A stretch of 64,000 nt of DNA from Ophelia neglecta (taxonomy: Eukaryota). A model generated the notes under the pieces. It saw only the letters and a list, made by a program, of their open reading frames with translations, searched no databases and was not told the DNA's origin. The stretch lies in the NCBI GenBank assembly GCA_965285935.1, contig OZ260663.1:66898001-66962000 (forward strand), read 5' to 3'. This document shows, piece by piece, positions 22,301-37,022 of the stretch (position 1 is the first letter of the stretch; each line of letters starts with the position of its first letter). The translations under genes were made by a program, and so were the position numbers.

Positions 22301-25300
22301 CTGAGCTTAAATCCATTCTTTGCATAGTGCACCCGTGATTTTGGGAAAATCAATTAATGTTTGCACTGAGCTCAAGCAATGCATCTTCATTTGCTTGTGG
22401 GTGCTTCTTTCCTTCTGAATATCAAATGAGTAATTTGAAACTTAATAAGAGAAGAAAAATGAGACGCATGCTAATTAGAGCGGGTGACTCATAACGATAT
22501 CATTATAGACATGCAAAGAACACCCACCCGTTTGGCGGAAAGACTTCCCTTTCGCTGCATTATAGGATGAATTTCGATTTTTTTAAACTGAAGAACGTCG
22601 ATATAGTCTTACAACAATTATAATGTTCGTCCAAATATTTCGAAGTTTATGGTTTTACTTTATATAGCCAGGTGATTTACATACAAAGTACCCTTGATTG
22701 TTTTCTACCTCAGCCTTATCGTTTACTTGATAAATGTTTTCCTAATCACCAAACACGGGATATTGTTCGTCTGGACAACTGTACATCAGTGGCTTTTATT
22801 AACAGACCTTCATGCAGTCCGTGTGGGCGGATGCAAATATATTGGTGACATGTCTAAATACCATCGTGTTACATACCTCATCATCCCATCTGAGTGGTAA
22901 TTGTTTTCTTTGTGTTGAAATTCTCGCGAGTTATGTTCCTAATGCTAGTTCATACTGGGGATCCATAAGCGCTGTGGAAGATCAAAATGTGTAATATGTG
23001 GATTTTTTTTTCTTTCGTTCTCATGTCTTCTCCGATGATTTGAGGAATGCATGCACCAGACTATCACCGGGTCAGTGAACAGGTGTTTGAAGGTCCTTGA
23101 GGACCTTCTCGCATGTCTGTACTACGGGCCTGGTCTTTGTCTGCAAGCTGCACTATGTCGCTTTGTCAAAATTCATTAACATTGCACTTTATTCTAATTA
23201 AGATCGAATTAACAGTATTTCCTTGCATATCTGTACCCATTGTCATCATCAGTGATGTAATGAACTCACGTGGAATTGGCAATGGGGTGACTTCCGAAAG
23301 AGTCCGTCAGCCATGCATTATTCATCGCCTCTAATTAGGAATACATATCACTGCGCCAAAGGAAGGGATAAATCATTGCGCGGCTCACCTGTTTGGAAAG
23401 TTGATGAAAAATGTCATCACCAGTGAAATTAATATGGGTCTTCTGAGGTTTAAATTGCCGCAAATTTATGGCTAGCAGCGACAGGGGCCATATTTCAGAT
23501 GACACATGAAGGATTCTCAGGCTTGAGAACAATAGAGCGATTGTGGACAAAAGCAATTTGGTTAAATCACGGGTTGAAGATGCAATAATCAGACAAATGC
23601 AGATGGAGAGGTTGGGGTTGAGAGTATAAATGTCGGCTGATAATGTGATGAGAAGGATGAGAAATAGGGGTGAGGGGCGGAAAATAACGTGACGTCACTC
23701 TATTAGACATCAGACGACAGGCCACGAAAACGAGTAAATTCAACTGCCCCAATGGCAAGACCATAGGTGACGAGGTCTTTAGGCCTATTCATCTAGCTGG
23801 ACAAGACAAAGGCAATTATTACACACACAATCAAACTGAAATAATTTGGCAATACATCTTACAGTTCTATATTGCACACCAATCTCGTCAATTCATTATC
23901 GGCAGGTGTTTCTCATTTTATAGAGAATTAAACCAATTCTTCCTGAGCAATGCTAACGGACTTGAACAGTAACGACTGTTATCAATTTAATGACATGAAC
24001 GCTATTCCCATTCACACCTCTAAAAAACAACTGAAAGCTTCTATTTTAGAGATCCTTTTTCCTTCCTAATCCTTTCGTAGAACAAGTCATTGACAAGGGG
24101 CGTAATTTATAAGCGTTCATTGCACTCAACACAGATTCCTTTTGGGTATTGCAAACTACCATGTAACAGATATCGTTTCTAAAATATTTCAAGCCGTGAC
24201 ATAGTCTGTTAACTCTGAGGGGCTGGTGTTGACTTCCCGCGTGACTTTTACTGGAGGTAAGTACAAAATGACCATCTGTCGGCAGGTCACAAAACACCCA
24301 TCCAGATAATTATCATATTAATGTTGTTCCCACACACTCTTTATTTCCAATTCTGGAGACTTCAACAGAAAATATATCCTCCATTTACGAAATACTGAAT
24401 CCAATGATAATCGATACCCTCACTGTCGGCAAGTTTTCTGATTGGCTGATATGATTTGATTCGTTGGTATGAATAGTGGTGTACTCGCATCGCATCATCA
24501 TGGAATAGGCCAAATGTCACATACACGACTAATATTGAAATCTTTGTACACTGTAGGTATATACATTGAAACAGCTATCATGGACCTTTTAATACCGATA
24601 CCAGATATTAGTTAGATTTCATGAGCAACAGCAACACTTATGCCAGGTAAAGATATGACATTGGAAATATCTCAAAAAAAGTTTGACATGTACAGTAAGA
24701 CTTTTTACAAAGGGTTACTGCGCCTGCGAGATTGACATGCATGTCATCACGTGGTTTGACCGAGACTCTCGGCTCAGCCTGTCGCCTAAATAAGAACACA
24801 CGAACTTTTTACTATCTGTTCGTAAACCTCGCGTCACTCGATCCATTACACAGTGCTCCTGAACATAGGTGTGCATGGGTCCGGGGGGTCGGGTCCAATT
24901 AACTAACTATCATAATGATAATTATAGGAAATGCCATGACTATATAAAAAGAAGATTGCGGAGGAACTCGCGAAAATGAAAAGTTTCACAATGTGGGAAA
25001 GCAAAGGCAATGTCGCTAAACTAAAACTGAATTCTACCCTGGTATCTCTCTTAGCTCTAAAATTTCTTTACCCACATTATAGACGCAATACCGCATTTAG
25101 ATATTAATTTGATAGGAAAACATTTTAACCGATAAAACCTGCCCGGTTTTTAAACTTAACAATTTTGTTTATCTTTCATTTCATTAAATCATCTGAAGTT
25201 CTGGACACACTGAACCAATGTGTCCAGAACTCCAGTTTCAAACAGACAAACAAACAAAAATACAGATTAGTTAATTTGTGCATTGTGTTTTTAATTATGT

Positions 25301-25695
25301 AGTGGCACTAAAAATTCTCAGAAAACCAAAAAACAAACAATTTGTTAATTGATGTTGCCTCCTGCACCCTAGTTGTGGCCGGTCAGATGGTTTGGCGTGG
25401 AGGAGGGGGGGGGGCTGTAAAAGACACTCGGCAACAGGAGACGTCTCTCCCCTAAATAGTCGTGCCGCAAGGAACCGATCCTAGAATGGACATCGACCGG
25501 AGGAGTCAAATTCATAGTGAACGAAGCCTACATGTCAAAGAGAGCGTGCCTCAAAGGAATTACATTGATAAATGAGCACATCCCCCAAAAAAGCTAGTCT
25601 TATGGAAGAAGGAATGACACCGTTACATGAAAATTATGTAAGCGTGTCCCGCATAAAAAAGCTCTGGAGGACTTAGGTTCTGACAAGAAAGCTAG

Positions 25696-26874
25696 CTCTC
25701 TAGAGGAAGCAGCCCCTGAGGGATGGACTCTGAAGGACACAGACTCCGGGGCAAGCCTGTGCTAAGGAAAGGACTCTGGAGGAAGCTATCTCTAAGGGAA
25801 GGACTCCGGAGGAAGCTAACTCTAAGGGAAGGACTCCGTAGGAAGCAATCTCTGAGCGGAGGACTCCAAAGGAAGCAATCTCTAAGGGGCGGACTCCGAA
25901 GGAAGCTACCTCCAAGGCAAGGAATCGGAAGAAAGCAGCCTCTGAGTAAAGGACTCTGCAGGAAGCAATGTCTGAGGGAAGCACTCCAATGGACATGGAT
26001 TCTGTGGATAGGACTCCGAAGAAAGCTGACACAGAGGAAAGGTCTCCAAAAGAAACTCCGGGGAAGGACTCCCGAAAGAAGCAGCGTTTGAGGGAAGGAA
26101 TCCAAAGGAAGCAGCCCCTGAGGAAAGCAATCTCTGCGGGGAACACTCAAAATGATGCAGACTCCGATCGAAGGACTCTGATCGAAGGACTCTGATCGAA
26201 GCAGAATCCGAGGAAAGGACTCCAAAGGAAGCAGACTGGGGGAGGACTTCGAAAAAAGCAGAATCTGAGGGGAGTACTCCAAAGGATCCAGCAACGGAGT
26301 GAAGGGCTCCTAAGGAAGCAGACTCGGGGGAAGGATTCAGAAAGAAGCAGACTCTGAGGGAATGCCTCCAAATGTTCCAGAAACGGAGTGAAGGACGCCA
26401 AAGAAAGTAGCCATCCCAAAGAAGAATGAAGAAATGTATTTCAATAAGCAAATTCTAAGGAAAGCACTCCACAGGAAGCAGATTCTGTGGAAATAACTCC
26501 AAAGAAAGAAGTCTTCGAGGGAGGGCTCCTAAAATTGGGGATCGCAGGGAATGACTCCAAGGAAAGAAGATTCTGATGGAAGCAATCCGAAGACAGCAGA
26601 CTCTGAGAAAAGGACTCCGAAGAAAGCCGACTATGAGGATATGCCTTCAATTAAAGCTGACCCTAGGAAAAGGACTCCGAAGTAAGCAGGCTCCGAGGGA
26701 AGGACTGCAAAGGAATCAGACTGTGAAGTAAGGATTCTAAGTCAAACAGACTTGGAGGGGAGAACTCCGAAGGAAGTAGACTCTAGGGGAAAGTCTGCGA
26801 AGGAAGCGACACCGATACATAAGAGCGGATTCTGAAAGCAATACTTCCGAGGGAAACAGAATCCGAAGGAAGCC
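25696..26874. repeat. Degenerate purine-rich 30-bp tandem repeat, roughly 35-40 copies
   Basis: Consensus about aggactccgaaggaagcagactctgaggga; the 30-nt period is clear at 25770-26040 and gives 10-aa periodic ORFs on both strands. Confidence 0.9.
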
Positions 26875-27474
26875 GGGGGATTACGCCACGTACATTGGAA
26901 AAAAGTTAGTTTTTAGGAAAGTGGATCCTTGCCTTTTTGTACAAAAAGAACTTGGTAAGCCGCACTAGCATTTCAATATTGTGCAAATTTGAATGAGCTA
27001 ATGACTAGCGCCCATGGGGAGCGGGGCGGGGGGGGGGGGCAATATAATAGATTTATATCCTCAAAAGCGAATAAAAAGCCCTCTCATATTGAAATGCGCT
27101 TTTAGTTAATCAATAGGCTCTGTATCAGATGATCACATTGAATTTACCTTCAAATTGAACTCAATAGTCAGGTTATATTACTATATATTCATATTTCTAG
27201 GGACTGGTAGGTCTATTGCAGTGCATCTTATAAGAACCGTAAGTGGTTCCACCCGACCATATTAGAGACATACCTACAATTAAAGTATATTCGCGGAGCA
27301 CTATCAGAATGTTGATATTTACACAATTCAATAAATAGCCTTTTCGTATGGTTAAATCAACATCACCCCCTATATTTTGATGAACCAACTAATTACATGC
27401 CTCTGAGAACTTAGGTTGCTGATCTTTCAAAGTTTTATCCCTCTAAACACCCCTGGATAGATTCTTACTAAGAG

Positions 27475-27631
27475 ACCAATCACGTCTCAGAAACCTAGTA
27501 AAACTTTCCCCCAACCAATCACGTTAATCCAAGTCTGATATATAAAGGCCAGCGGCATGTAGAGAGAGACAGAGACCGACACAGTAGAATAAATACATTT
27601 AAAGTCAAACGTTGTTCGTTATTAGGTAAGT
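27475..27631 (+). promoter_or_regulatory. Orphan Pol II promoter-like module with a downstream splice donor
   Basis: ACCAATCACGT twice (27475-27485, 27514-27524), TATATAAAGG at 27539-27548 and a consensus donor AG|GTAAGT at 27624-27631. Confidence 0.5.
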
Positions 27632-29271
27632 TACTTAGATATGGCGATGCTCTAAAATATAACATCATACACTACCATCAAACGTCCAAATATAAGACAA
27701 GGACTGTCTTATAGCACAATGACTTGTAGCAAGGAATATTCTGATAGCCTACCTAAAGTGAAGTAATCGGGCAAGTTGTAACACGGGAATGAAGCGAATA
27801 CACTGTATTACTTCATTATTATATCTGTAGACATTTCCTTTACTGTGTGTCTTTTGACTACAGGTTACTTATTTGTACCCCCCCCCCCCCCCCCCCTCCT
27901 CCTTCGCCATTTAATGGTTTGTCCCATGGATGCAAAGAGCTTCCGACGGTCGAGGTTTGTGATTATGGCTACTACAAAACTCTTAAAGGGATTCAATATC
28001 ACATAATAGTCACATGTATGCCTAAAAATCCCCATCCAAAACGTAAGCAAAACAAATATCGTAATCCGAGCTCAGTTTCTTATTGGTTCGCCTGCTTCGA
28101 TTTTTCTAGAATGTGCATGCTGTGGTAAATGGCACCCACCTTACTTATTACACCGGCGTCAAGAATACCTATAGATACCAGTCAATGACCATTTAGCTAA
28201 CAGGAGAAATCATATAGCATATTGATCGGCTGCTGCTTAGAAAGGTATTTGCCTCATGTATATATAGGAAGAATAAAATGTGCATTCCATTGACAGAAAA
28301 AGTTAAGGAGAGGAACAATGTTCTATTTGGAACGAATTGTTAAGTGCTGTCCAAAATCGAGTTTTTGTTAACTAAGGATATCCAAAAATTCTTCAAGGGG
28401 TAACTGGTGATATTTCCAGGGTAATTCTATGCGGTAATAGATTTTGCAATCGCCTGTCAAATGATTTGCTGATTAGTATATATAAGAAACTAGATACCCC
28501 CTGACCACACTATAATGTATCGCAACTTCGCGCAAATACGGACTCCATAAATATTGTATCACCTATGATATCTCCGGTTACGTTTGGCATAACGACGGAC
28601 GATCAATACGGTGACTGTTGCATCTGGCGGGCTTCTTGGGTCGTCTGCTTTTAAAACGCGCGCCTCCACGAATCAATCTCTCGCCAGATGATACCTTTTA
28701 GTTAATTTGGCTGATGGTATCATGTTCTAAGCCTGTATAGAGAAATGTCATAAGCCAATACTCTATAGATGTTAAAGTAAGTTACGGTCGTTAATATCAT
28801 CGAATAAGTTCAAGCAAAGAAATGACGGGCGCTAAGCTCGTTAGAGAGGGAATTACGGCGGGCTAAGAAGCAGATCACAGTAGAAATCTGCCTGTATGTT
28901 TTATAATTACTCAGGGAGATGTGTCGGAGGTGGTTTCAGTGGTCATGTTTACGAGGCGTTGAGCAGGACACCAGTTGCCGACTTATTCCCCACACCTTCA
29001 TCATATCGCCTGGGGCTCTCGACACCAAACTGCCTTTACAGACACCCGATCCGCCTCTATTGTCGCCTGAGAATGAAGCACCTGGTCCGGCAGAAATCTA
29101 CTCGGCACCATTCAAACACTGCAATATGGCAGAAAATGATTGCTGCTTTGCTAATCTCATTTCATTTTCATCAAGGATGACACATTGGTTTTAATCTGGT
29201 AGATTCCATATGGCTACTGGGTAAGCAGTAACGAGCTGTCTGAAGATGATGCTTTGTGGTCACGACACGCT

Positions 29272-29332
29272 GACTGGCAGGGACTGCCAGGGACTGCCAG
29301 GGACTGCCAGGGACTGACAGGGACTGACAGGG
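29272..29332. repeat. 10-bp tandem repeat, about 6 copies
   Basis: (ggactgccag)3(ggactgacag)2 plus a partial upstream unit. Confidence 0.9.
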
Positions 29333-32300
29333 CCGCCGATCACGCCATCATCAAAACTACAAAATAATGTGGCAAACCAGATTACAGATTAACTTTGTTA
29401 TTTCACAGACTTGTGATCAAAAATATATCAAGAAGTCGACAATCGTAAGCCTGCCGAGTCAGCTACTTTCACGTTTTTTCGACATGATTGATTGATTCAA
29501 TGGCATTTTGTTTAGTGGCATTTATGTTTTAACTAACGTGAATTGCATGGTCGACTCAGGTATAAATATATAACCATAACACACCAAAAAGGTTTGACTT
29601 TCAGTGTTGATTACAAGAATAATATCTAAAGGCACCCTCTTTAGTTCCAGCAGGGGCTGAATGTATCAAACGAGGCTTTTTCTAAGTGCGTTGGTAGTTT
29701 TCACCCTCATAGTCTATCAATAACCTGACTCCATTTTATTCTTCTTGCTTTCCATTTATCTATGATTTTTCATAAAGCTACGTTGTGTTTAAACACCTGC
29801 TCCTGAACGCCGGCGTGAAATAACGCTACCTATATACTATATAATAAATAGGGTGAAATTCTATATATATAGGGCCTATATATACATTTATGTATATATG
29901 TGAATTTACTAAGAAATGTGAAATGTTTGTAAAATTGTGGAAATGTCAAGCTAGCCCCCGAGTAATAGCAGCAAAGAAATAGGAGGGAATTAGAAAGTCC
30001 TTGGTCAAATATGTTTATGTTGCTTTTAACAAAGGGGCCATGCGCCCTTTGAGGCCCGGCCTCTGGAGCACGAATTAAGGAAACCTGTTGTTCTACTTTC
30101 CCTTGATGTAGTTGAAGAAAATGTGTTTTTGACTTGTTAATAGCTATTAGACCTCATTCGAATTTGATAACTTCTATCGATACAAATTTGTCGCATTATT
30201 GTCCTTCTTTGGAGCGAAGGTAATGCTTTAAGCTTGGATTGTGTTCACCTGTTAATTCACACCCAGTTAGACGGACACGTGCGGTTGATAGTTTTCATCT
30301 AGGCCTGGGTGCCGACAAGATTCTTAACGATCGCCTGTGTTCCTCTCCCGCTCTATGTGTCGTCTGCTTCAATGGCCTTTGTCTCTTCTGAATGTCCTCC
30401 TAGGAATGTCACCTATAAGGTAACGTTTTCTCAATGACATTTCTTTATACACGGTGTACGCAGAATATATGAAGATACTTTTGATGGGAAATATCATTGG
30501 ATCGTAGAAGAAGCGTAGACAATTCCCCAGGAAACCTCGTGTCACTGGAAAACCTATAAATATTGTTCAATACAGTAGATCTATTAAGCCCAAAGCGAAG
30601 GTTCTCTTAGTAAAGAAAGTGTAGATCTATATACATCGTCATCTGCTTCAGACTATTAACGAAAAATTGCCAAGCCGTTTATTACGTCGTGTGAAATTCA
30701 AACTGCACGGCTTTCTCCTTTTTAATATCCTATTCCATTATAAACTCAATAATTAATTGTTTGTTCATTATTTATTAATAGGTTTGATTCATGTGCAGTG
30801 TTTTATTTATCACGGCCAGCTGATGGGCGCATTTCGGGGAATCGACAGGTGGTCGGCTCGGCCATAACAAAGCTAATATTGTCCATCAAAGTTTATGGGA
30901 ACATTTTACAAAAGGTCAGGCAAGGTTCATAATAATCAGATTTTCAAGTGAACCACACAACAAAGACCTTCAAATGTCCAATTTCCCGCGGCCTTATCGT
31001 TTTGACATTAGTGAGATCTGCAGACCGTGGGCAGAAATTGTTTTTTTATACCGCACTTCAAAAAGCCATAATTATATGAGGTAAGGCGGATTGAAGTCGC
31101 GATGAATGACACAAAAACTTAACGTAGCTTCCACTGTTCTCCGAAAGGGCCACGTTTGTGAGCCATGGGAAATGAGGGGGGCTGAAAAACGGACCTGTTA
31201 TATTATACACATTCATGTCTATTAGAAAATCAAATATTTTACGCAATGGACCACAAAGACCTTTTTGAAATTTGAATTTTAAGTTATGCATTGTGTTGTT
31301 CGAGTAGAGTTGTGATATAGTGCGCGGTAGGTGTCGAGTGTGCTCCTGCCACGAGTCTCACTGTTAAGCAGTGTCAACTCGACAAAAGATGACACTCGTC
31401 CTCTCCAGATTCCCAGGCAGGACCGTGGGATATTCCTAGCTAGAACTTTTATCACTACATACAGGTGTTAAAAAGATCCATTTGAAAATAACCAGTTCAT
31501 AACATTGTTTGGTGGCGATTTGTCAAATTAATAAGTACTTGTCAACGGGTTCAGTTACGGTAATGTATTTATTGAATTTCGCCTCTCTGCTGTTCTCAGT
31601 CCAGACTATATAGTTTGTGTCCTCCCTGTCTTAGCCCGTTCCTCTGTGTTTGAGTTATTGAATATCAATGTCATTAGTCTATTGATGTCTTTGTCTCCTG
31701 GAGCCCCTTCGGCCACAAGAACACATGTTGTATCGCTTGTTTCCCCAGAGGCGTTCCCCATGGTTTTCAATTACCAAACATGGCCCAAACACAAAGTATG
31801 AAGTCGTTATATCTAATGTTACACTCGCCAGTTGTGTCCGTTCTCAGATGGTGCGGAGGCGGCGAGTCCGTCCAAGGAGGTGGCCAGTGTATTCTACACA
31901 TTCACCTACTCAGCTTCCAAGAATTTACAAGAGAACCGAGTCAATAAATAAATATAAGCCACGTTCTCTCAAATACGTAATGATCCATCGAACATGCCTC
32001 GGGCATTTTGTTTGCAATTGTCTATTGGCTTTTCATCCTCGTCAATGAATATTATCCATTTTTTTATTTTCTTTGCGGCAAATATTGGCCAAACAACAAC
32101 ATAAACTAGGAGACCATATATATAATATCATACGTCAATATCAATCACAAGTTCAGACACACCATATTACCGTACATCAAAAATAATAATGTGTGTACAT
32201 TAAATTGTACATCTGTACCAAGTCGTGAAAAGTTAGCATCGGGGCGCCTTGTATCACCAGGAGAAAGCTATGTACTCGATACCTGAAAATGGCAACAGGT

Positions 32301-35300
32301 ATGGGAAATTGTGAGTCATTTCGACCAATCGATTTTTTGATACCCTGTTGAGTTTCTTTCAAGATGTTGAAAGAAGCACAGTGGATTGGAGAGGAGGGAA
32401 AGCGCCGAGGGAACAGGAAGGTCGACTCGCCGTATATAATCACCTAATGAAAGAGTTTCGCGGAATGACCAATAGCCAAATTAGTCGTCGGCAATTCCCC
32501 TTCGGGAGTAATTGCATCATTAATATAATGAGCGTAAAGTGAAGTGGGACACCGTCAGGGGTATTTTCCATGGCCGAGCAATAGGCTTGAGGTTGCCAAG
32601 GTTATACTCCAAATACATGTAGAGCCTAAATATATATATATACTCTGGTGAAACTATTTTGACGTAAAGAATCAAATTATAGATAGATCTATATAGCTAG
32701 ATATGATATAAATATCGATAAAAATATCGATATCGATATAGATATAGATATGACAACAACCGAAGAAATATTTCCTGTGCAACCGATGCAAAGTAAACTG
32801 TTGTTATTGGCGGAAGAGGAGTGTTTCGTAAGGGTTGGGTGGGTGCTATAGTGTCTGTCTAATGGCAGTGTCACACCTCCCGGAAACCATGTGAATTTCC
32901 GAGATGCCAGCCTGCCAGTGGCGTTTTGGCGAGATGTCAGCACGAATCGCCTAGAAACAAGAAGTTTGGGTCGCCTGCGTTTCCGGGATTCGTGGAACTG
33001 ACACTGTGACACAGTTCGACCATCTGGTGTCATTCATCCCCTGCAATATTGCCTCATGGCTACCACTGCAAATGACTTTAATGTTACAGTACTCATCCAT
33101 AGGTACACCGATACCTATACAAATAACCGTTTTATACTGAATAAGAAGCTTCGTGGACTTCGCAAAGCTTTAAAAGGGCAGTTTTGATATAAACCATCCG
33201 GTGGGATAGTTCTACTCATAGAGCCTACCACATGAAATTAAACAAGTTGTACAAAAATAATAGGCGTCAGTATCGGCCGAAATGTAACTCTGCTCTTCGT
33301 CTCAGCAAATTATTATTGCTGAGAACATGCCATTGCCACTCCAAAGTCTAATGAAGTTCTTCTCAAGTATATAAAGTGAACTGTTGATGACACTGCACGC
33401 CACGACGGCACGACTTGTCTGTTGCCATGGAGCAGTTATTGAATTTTAGGGCAATTATGCATAATTTCCTGCTCATAATTCTACTGACACCTCCTAGCAG
33501 CCTTTGGAAAGATCTTATAACTGGTTTCTACCTGGCTGGATTTACTAATTTACCTGGTCAAATCGGCCGTGAGCTACTATAATGAAATCACGGCAGATTG
33601 GCCAAGGACCAAGCAAGAACAAAGCGAAAACCGTCAAAAGGAATTAGGGCGGCTGATTAGGGACATGCCATCAAAGAAGGCATCCCCCGCTGAGCTCCGT
33701 ATGGACCCGGTTTGTGCTGTTTTACCGGTATAGCCTTCAAACACCTCACTACCACACCACCTGATGCTAGATTTGGTAATTTGGGCGGTCCGATTCTAGG
33801 GGATGAAGACCCGACGCTGGCTTTGGCTAAATGTTCTTTTATGTATATCAGCGTGCCATTGTTTACAGCCACTCGATGGAGTCATTAGAGGCTTTGTCAG
33901 ACTTTCAGGTGCCCCCACAACTTTATTCAACAAAAACGTCATGCTGAGAGGTGGGCATAGTTCACTCCATAAATAGTTGGAGATACAATACTCTCTGATG
34001 ACCGAGGGGTTGGGCCGGGGTGCAGATGTGTTGTTTAGACTTTGGGGACTGAAGAGCATTGTTCCTGGCTGATCCTACCAGTCTCACAGACTAAAGATGT
34101 GCTACTGAGGCAATTTCAGTGATGGCCATTGAGTACTTGGCTTGCATTTTAAAGGGAATTTGGAATGAATTTAGCATGAATCACATTTCAGTGTTGATAT
34201 AATCGACCACTTCTAGCTGGGTAATGATCGCTCCTCTGTGAGGTGGCACGACGAGATGTTTGGAGAACAGGTCTCTTTCTCGAATTACCGACAATTGACA
34301 AACTGTCAGCTCGGTGTTTGTGATCCATCGTTGCCGAATGTTTCGATTGATAGCGAAACTGATTCGCGATCTATAAACAAGGAAAGTGGAGACAATTCAA
34401 ATGTCTCCTTGTTTTAACGGCAAACCTTTTGGCACGTGGCTGTCACATTGCCCTGTTCAAGGCAAACAATATCCGAAATTACGGACGGTTAAACATTACG
34501 TTTCCGAGTGAAAACAATACAGCAATTGGCGTAGCGCCTGCACAAAGGTTGATCTGGGCAGGTGGGGTATAGGTAATCCCTTCGGGCTGAAATCACAACA
34601 GGTGGCCCGCGTCTCGGTCAATATTTTCAAAACAATTGTTGGCCAAGAACAAGTTGTGAAAGTGGCAGACGGAGAGGGATTGGCTGCTCATGAATATGGA
34701 GTTTGGAGTCGGTGAAGTTCGAGGAACCTGTTGCCCCGGTATTAGCTCTACCACTTGGAGGGCTGGTAACTACTCCATCAACAATTCAAATGTTAATGTT
34801 GGCGAAACCTCTGTTGAAAGCCGGGCATTAAAGGATTTTGCCACATGTCATTTCTCAGCAATGATAAATACATCAGAATTATCCGGCGATTGTGCTAACT
34901 GATTGGAATGGCCTCGTCAAGTACACGGTACTTGTAAATATGTTTGATTCTGATAGAAACACACTTCTATGATAATTTCATCAAAGCAAGGGTCTCCCTG
35001 TCAATGTGAAAAACTGATTTAAAAATCAAAGAAAACCACTTTAATTAATAACGGTGCACATTGTACAAACACATTATCAATATTCTAGATCTAGGCCTAT
35101 TGGATGATTCACATTTGCTTTAAAGCTGGACAAAGCGGGTATAAAGTCTTAATAGTTATAGTTTCCCCACAAATTTTATTCTTTATATTGGGGGGGGGGG
35201 GGGCGTTATGGACACGCTCGTAACGGTGATCCAAGCAGTACTGAGATCGGGAAACGTTTGAATAAGGTTTACTGTGTTGAGGATTTATTAGTGAGGTTCA

Positions 35301-36859
35301 CTGTGGTAAGGATATTTAACTGTCTCTTATATATATATATATATGAAATGCAATAAAGGTCAATATTTGGTGCAACCGAATGCACCAAATAGATTGACTG
35401 ATAAAACATAAAAAAAGGATAAAACATGCTTTAGCCATGCGATTTAATTATCATACTCTGGGTGCACCGCCCTTGTTGGAGCAATTATTCCCGAGTCGTT
35501 CTACACAAATTCCTTTTAAAATTGTCGTTTTTCCAACTCGAACGGACTCTAAAAACATTAAAGGTAAACCATTTAATTTATGTTTAGGTAATGGTTTCAT
35601 GTTCATTTGATTTTGAAGCTGTGGAGCTAAATTTAATACCAGTTTCAAATATAACTAAGCAGGGTAAACGTTACTATTTTTCTCCATATTATGCTTCCCG
35701 AAGATGAAACACAGGTAGCCTAAAATGGAACATTTCTCCATATCAGTGCTTCCATCCGGGCTATCAGAGTTTCCTCGCGGTTTCGCTGCAGACATGAAAA
35801 CCAAAGTTACTTTAATCAGGATGGCATGGTCAATAAATAATGAGGAAAATATATAACTACAACTGTCCATTATAATTTTAGTCTTACAGTAGGCTATGGG
35901 GGGAGGGGTTCATGTTTTTTATCTACCATTCTGATACATGACTTAGTTTGTGTCATAAACAGAATCATTGATCCTTTATTAGAACCTGAAGACCGATATG
36001 CCTATTTTTCAAGCAGTCCACTGGTACATTGCTATTTAAGTGTATTCGATATTTTGCCAGATACTGCCTTCTTGTATGTATGACTGGTGTGGTTGTATAG
36101 TTTAACACCACATCTAAGAGCCAGCCGGCGGCATTCGATATCCCTGTCATCTCCTCCTGGCGGAGAAAACCACCTCAAACACTCCGCCTTCTTCACTTTA
36201 TCTCCGATTTCACCAATCTTCCATCTTCCATGTATAACGATGTTGATCGTCGGTATTGCGCCTACTTTAATCGCCTCTGCTGTAGAACGCGTCAAATCGG
36301 CTTTGTGTTGTGGCATTATATCAACAACATCGACGCGGCAACCTTTTAATATATTTGCCAGTGTCAATAGTGTTAAAAGACAGTTTTCCTGTGACACGTT
36401 CGATAAAGTGCTCTGTTCTGCAGCATGATGGTATCGGGGCTGAAGGCATGCGGCAGACGACACCTAGACCAAGCTATACCTGTGTTTTCCTGCCTCACCT
36501 GAGCTCGGAGCGACTCAAATATAGAAATGTGGAAAACGTAATGTCGGCACGCACGAGAGGCTGTGACAGGACTGACAAAGGAAGCAAAGCCCACTAACTC
36601 GGTAATTGGCCACAAATTGAACAATTATTAAAATATCTCCTGTTTTATCAACACCTGAAAGCATGCATGGCCTTAAGAGTATACTGATGCATATTAATTA
36701 ATCGAGACGTATATTTATTCTGGCAATTTTGTGGGGTCTTTATGTAGCCATGATTGGTATGTCTATTTTTCATTTTATTCAAGTGTATAGTCGGCCTATA
36801 ACTTTCCCATTAGTGGTATAGGTTCAGCTTCACATTATTTGCGTCCGAGACCCTAAATA

Positions 36860-37022
36860 CAGTGCAACCTGGCTTAAAGGCCACTTCTATATTCAGATCG
36901 CCTGTAAATTCAGAACACTGATATAAAGACCAAACTGTACCATTCCAATGTGAAATATCCTAACTAGATCAAGCCATTATTTTTACAATCCCTTGGGTGG
37001 TCTGAATTCCATGGTTTCACTG
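36860..37022. mobile_element. Tc1/mariner/pogo-type MITE with TA target duplication
   Basis: TA|CAGTGCAACCTGG ... CCATGGTTTCACTG|TA: CAGT-starting terminal inverted repeats flanked by TA on both sides. Confidence 0.7.

Noticed and set aside
25197-25231. 13-bp-stem hairpin (agttctggacaca / tgtgtccagaact) as a pre-miRNA or terminator
   Set aside because: Too short for a pre-miRNA, no TSD, and intrinsic terminators do not apply here.
25692-26650. Overlapping 70-200-aa ORFs on both strands
   Set aside because: By-products of the 30-bp repeat; no single frame is maintained.
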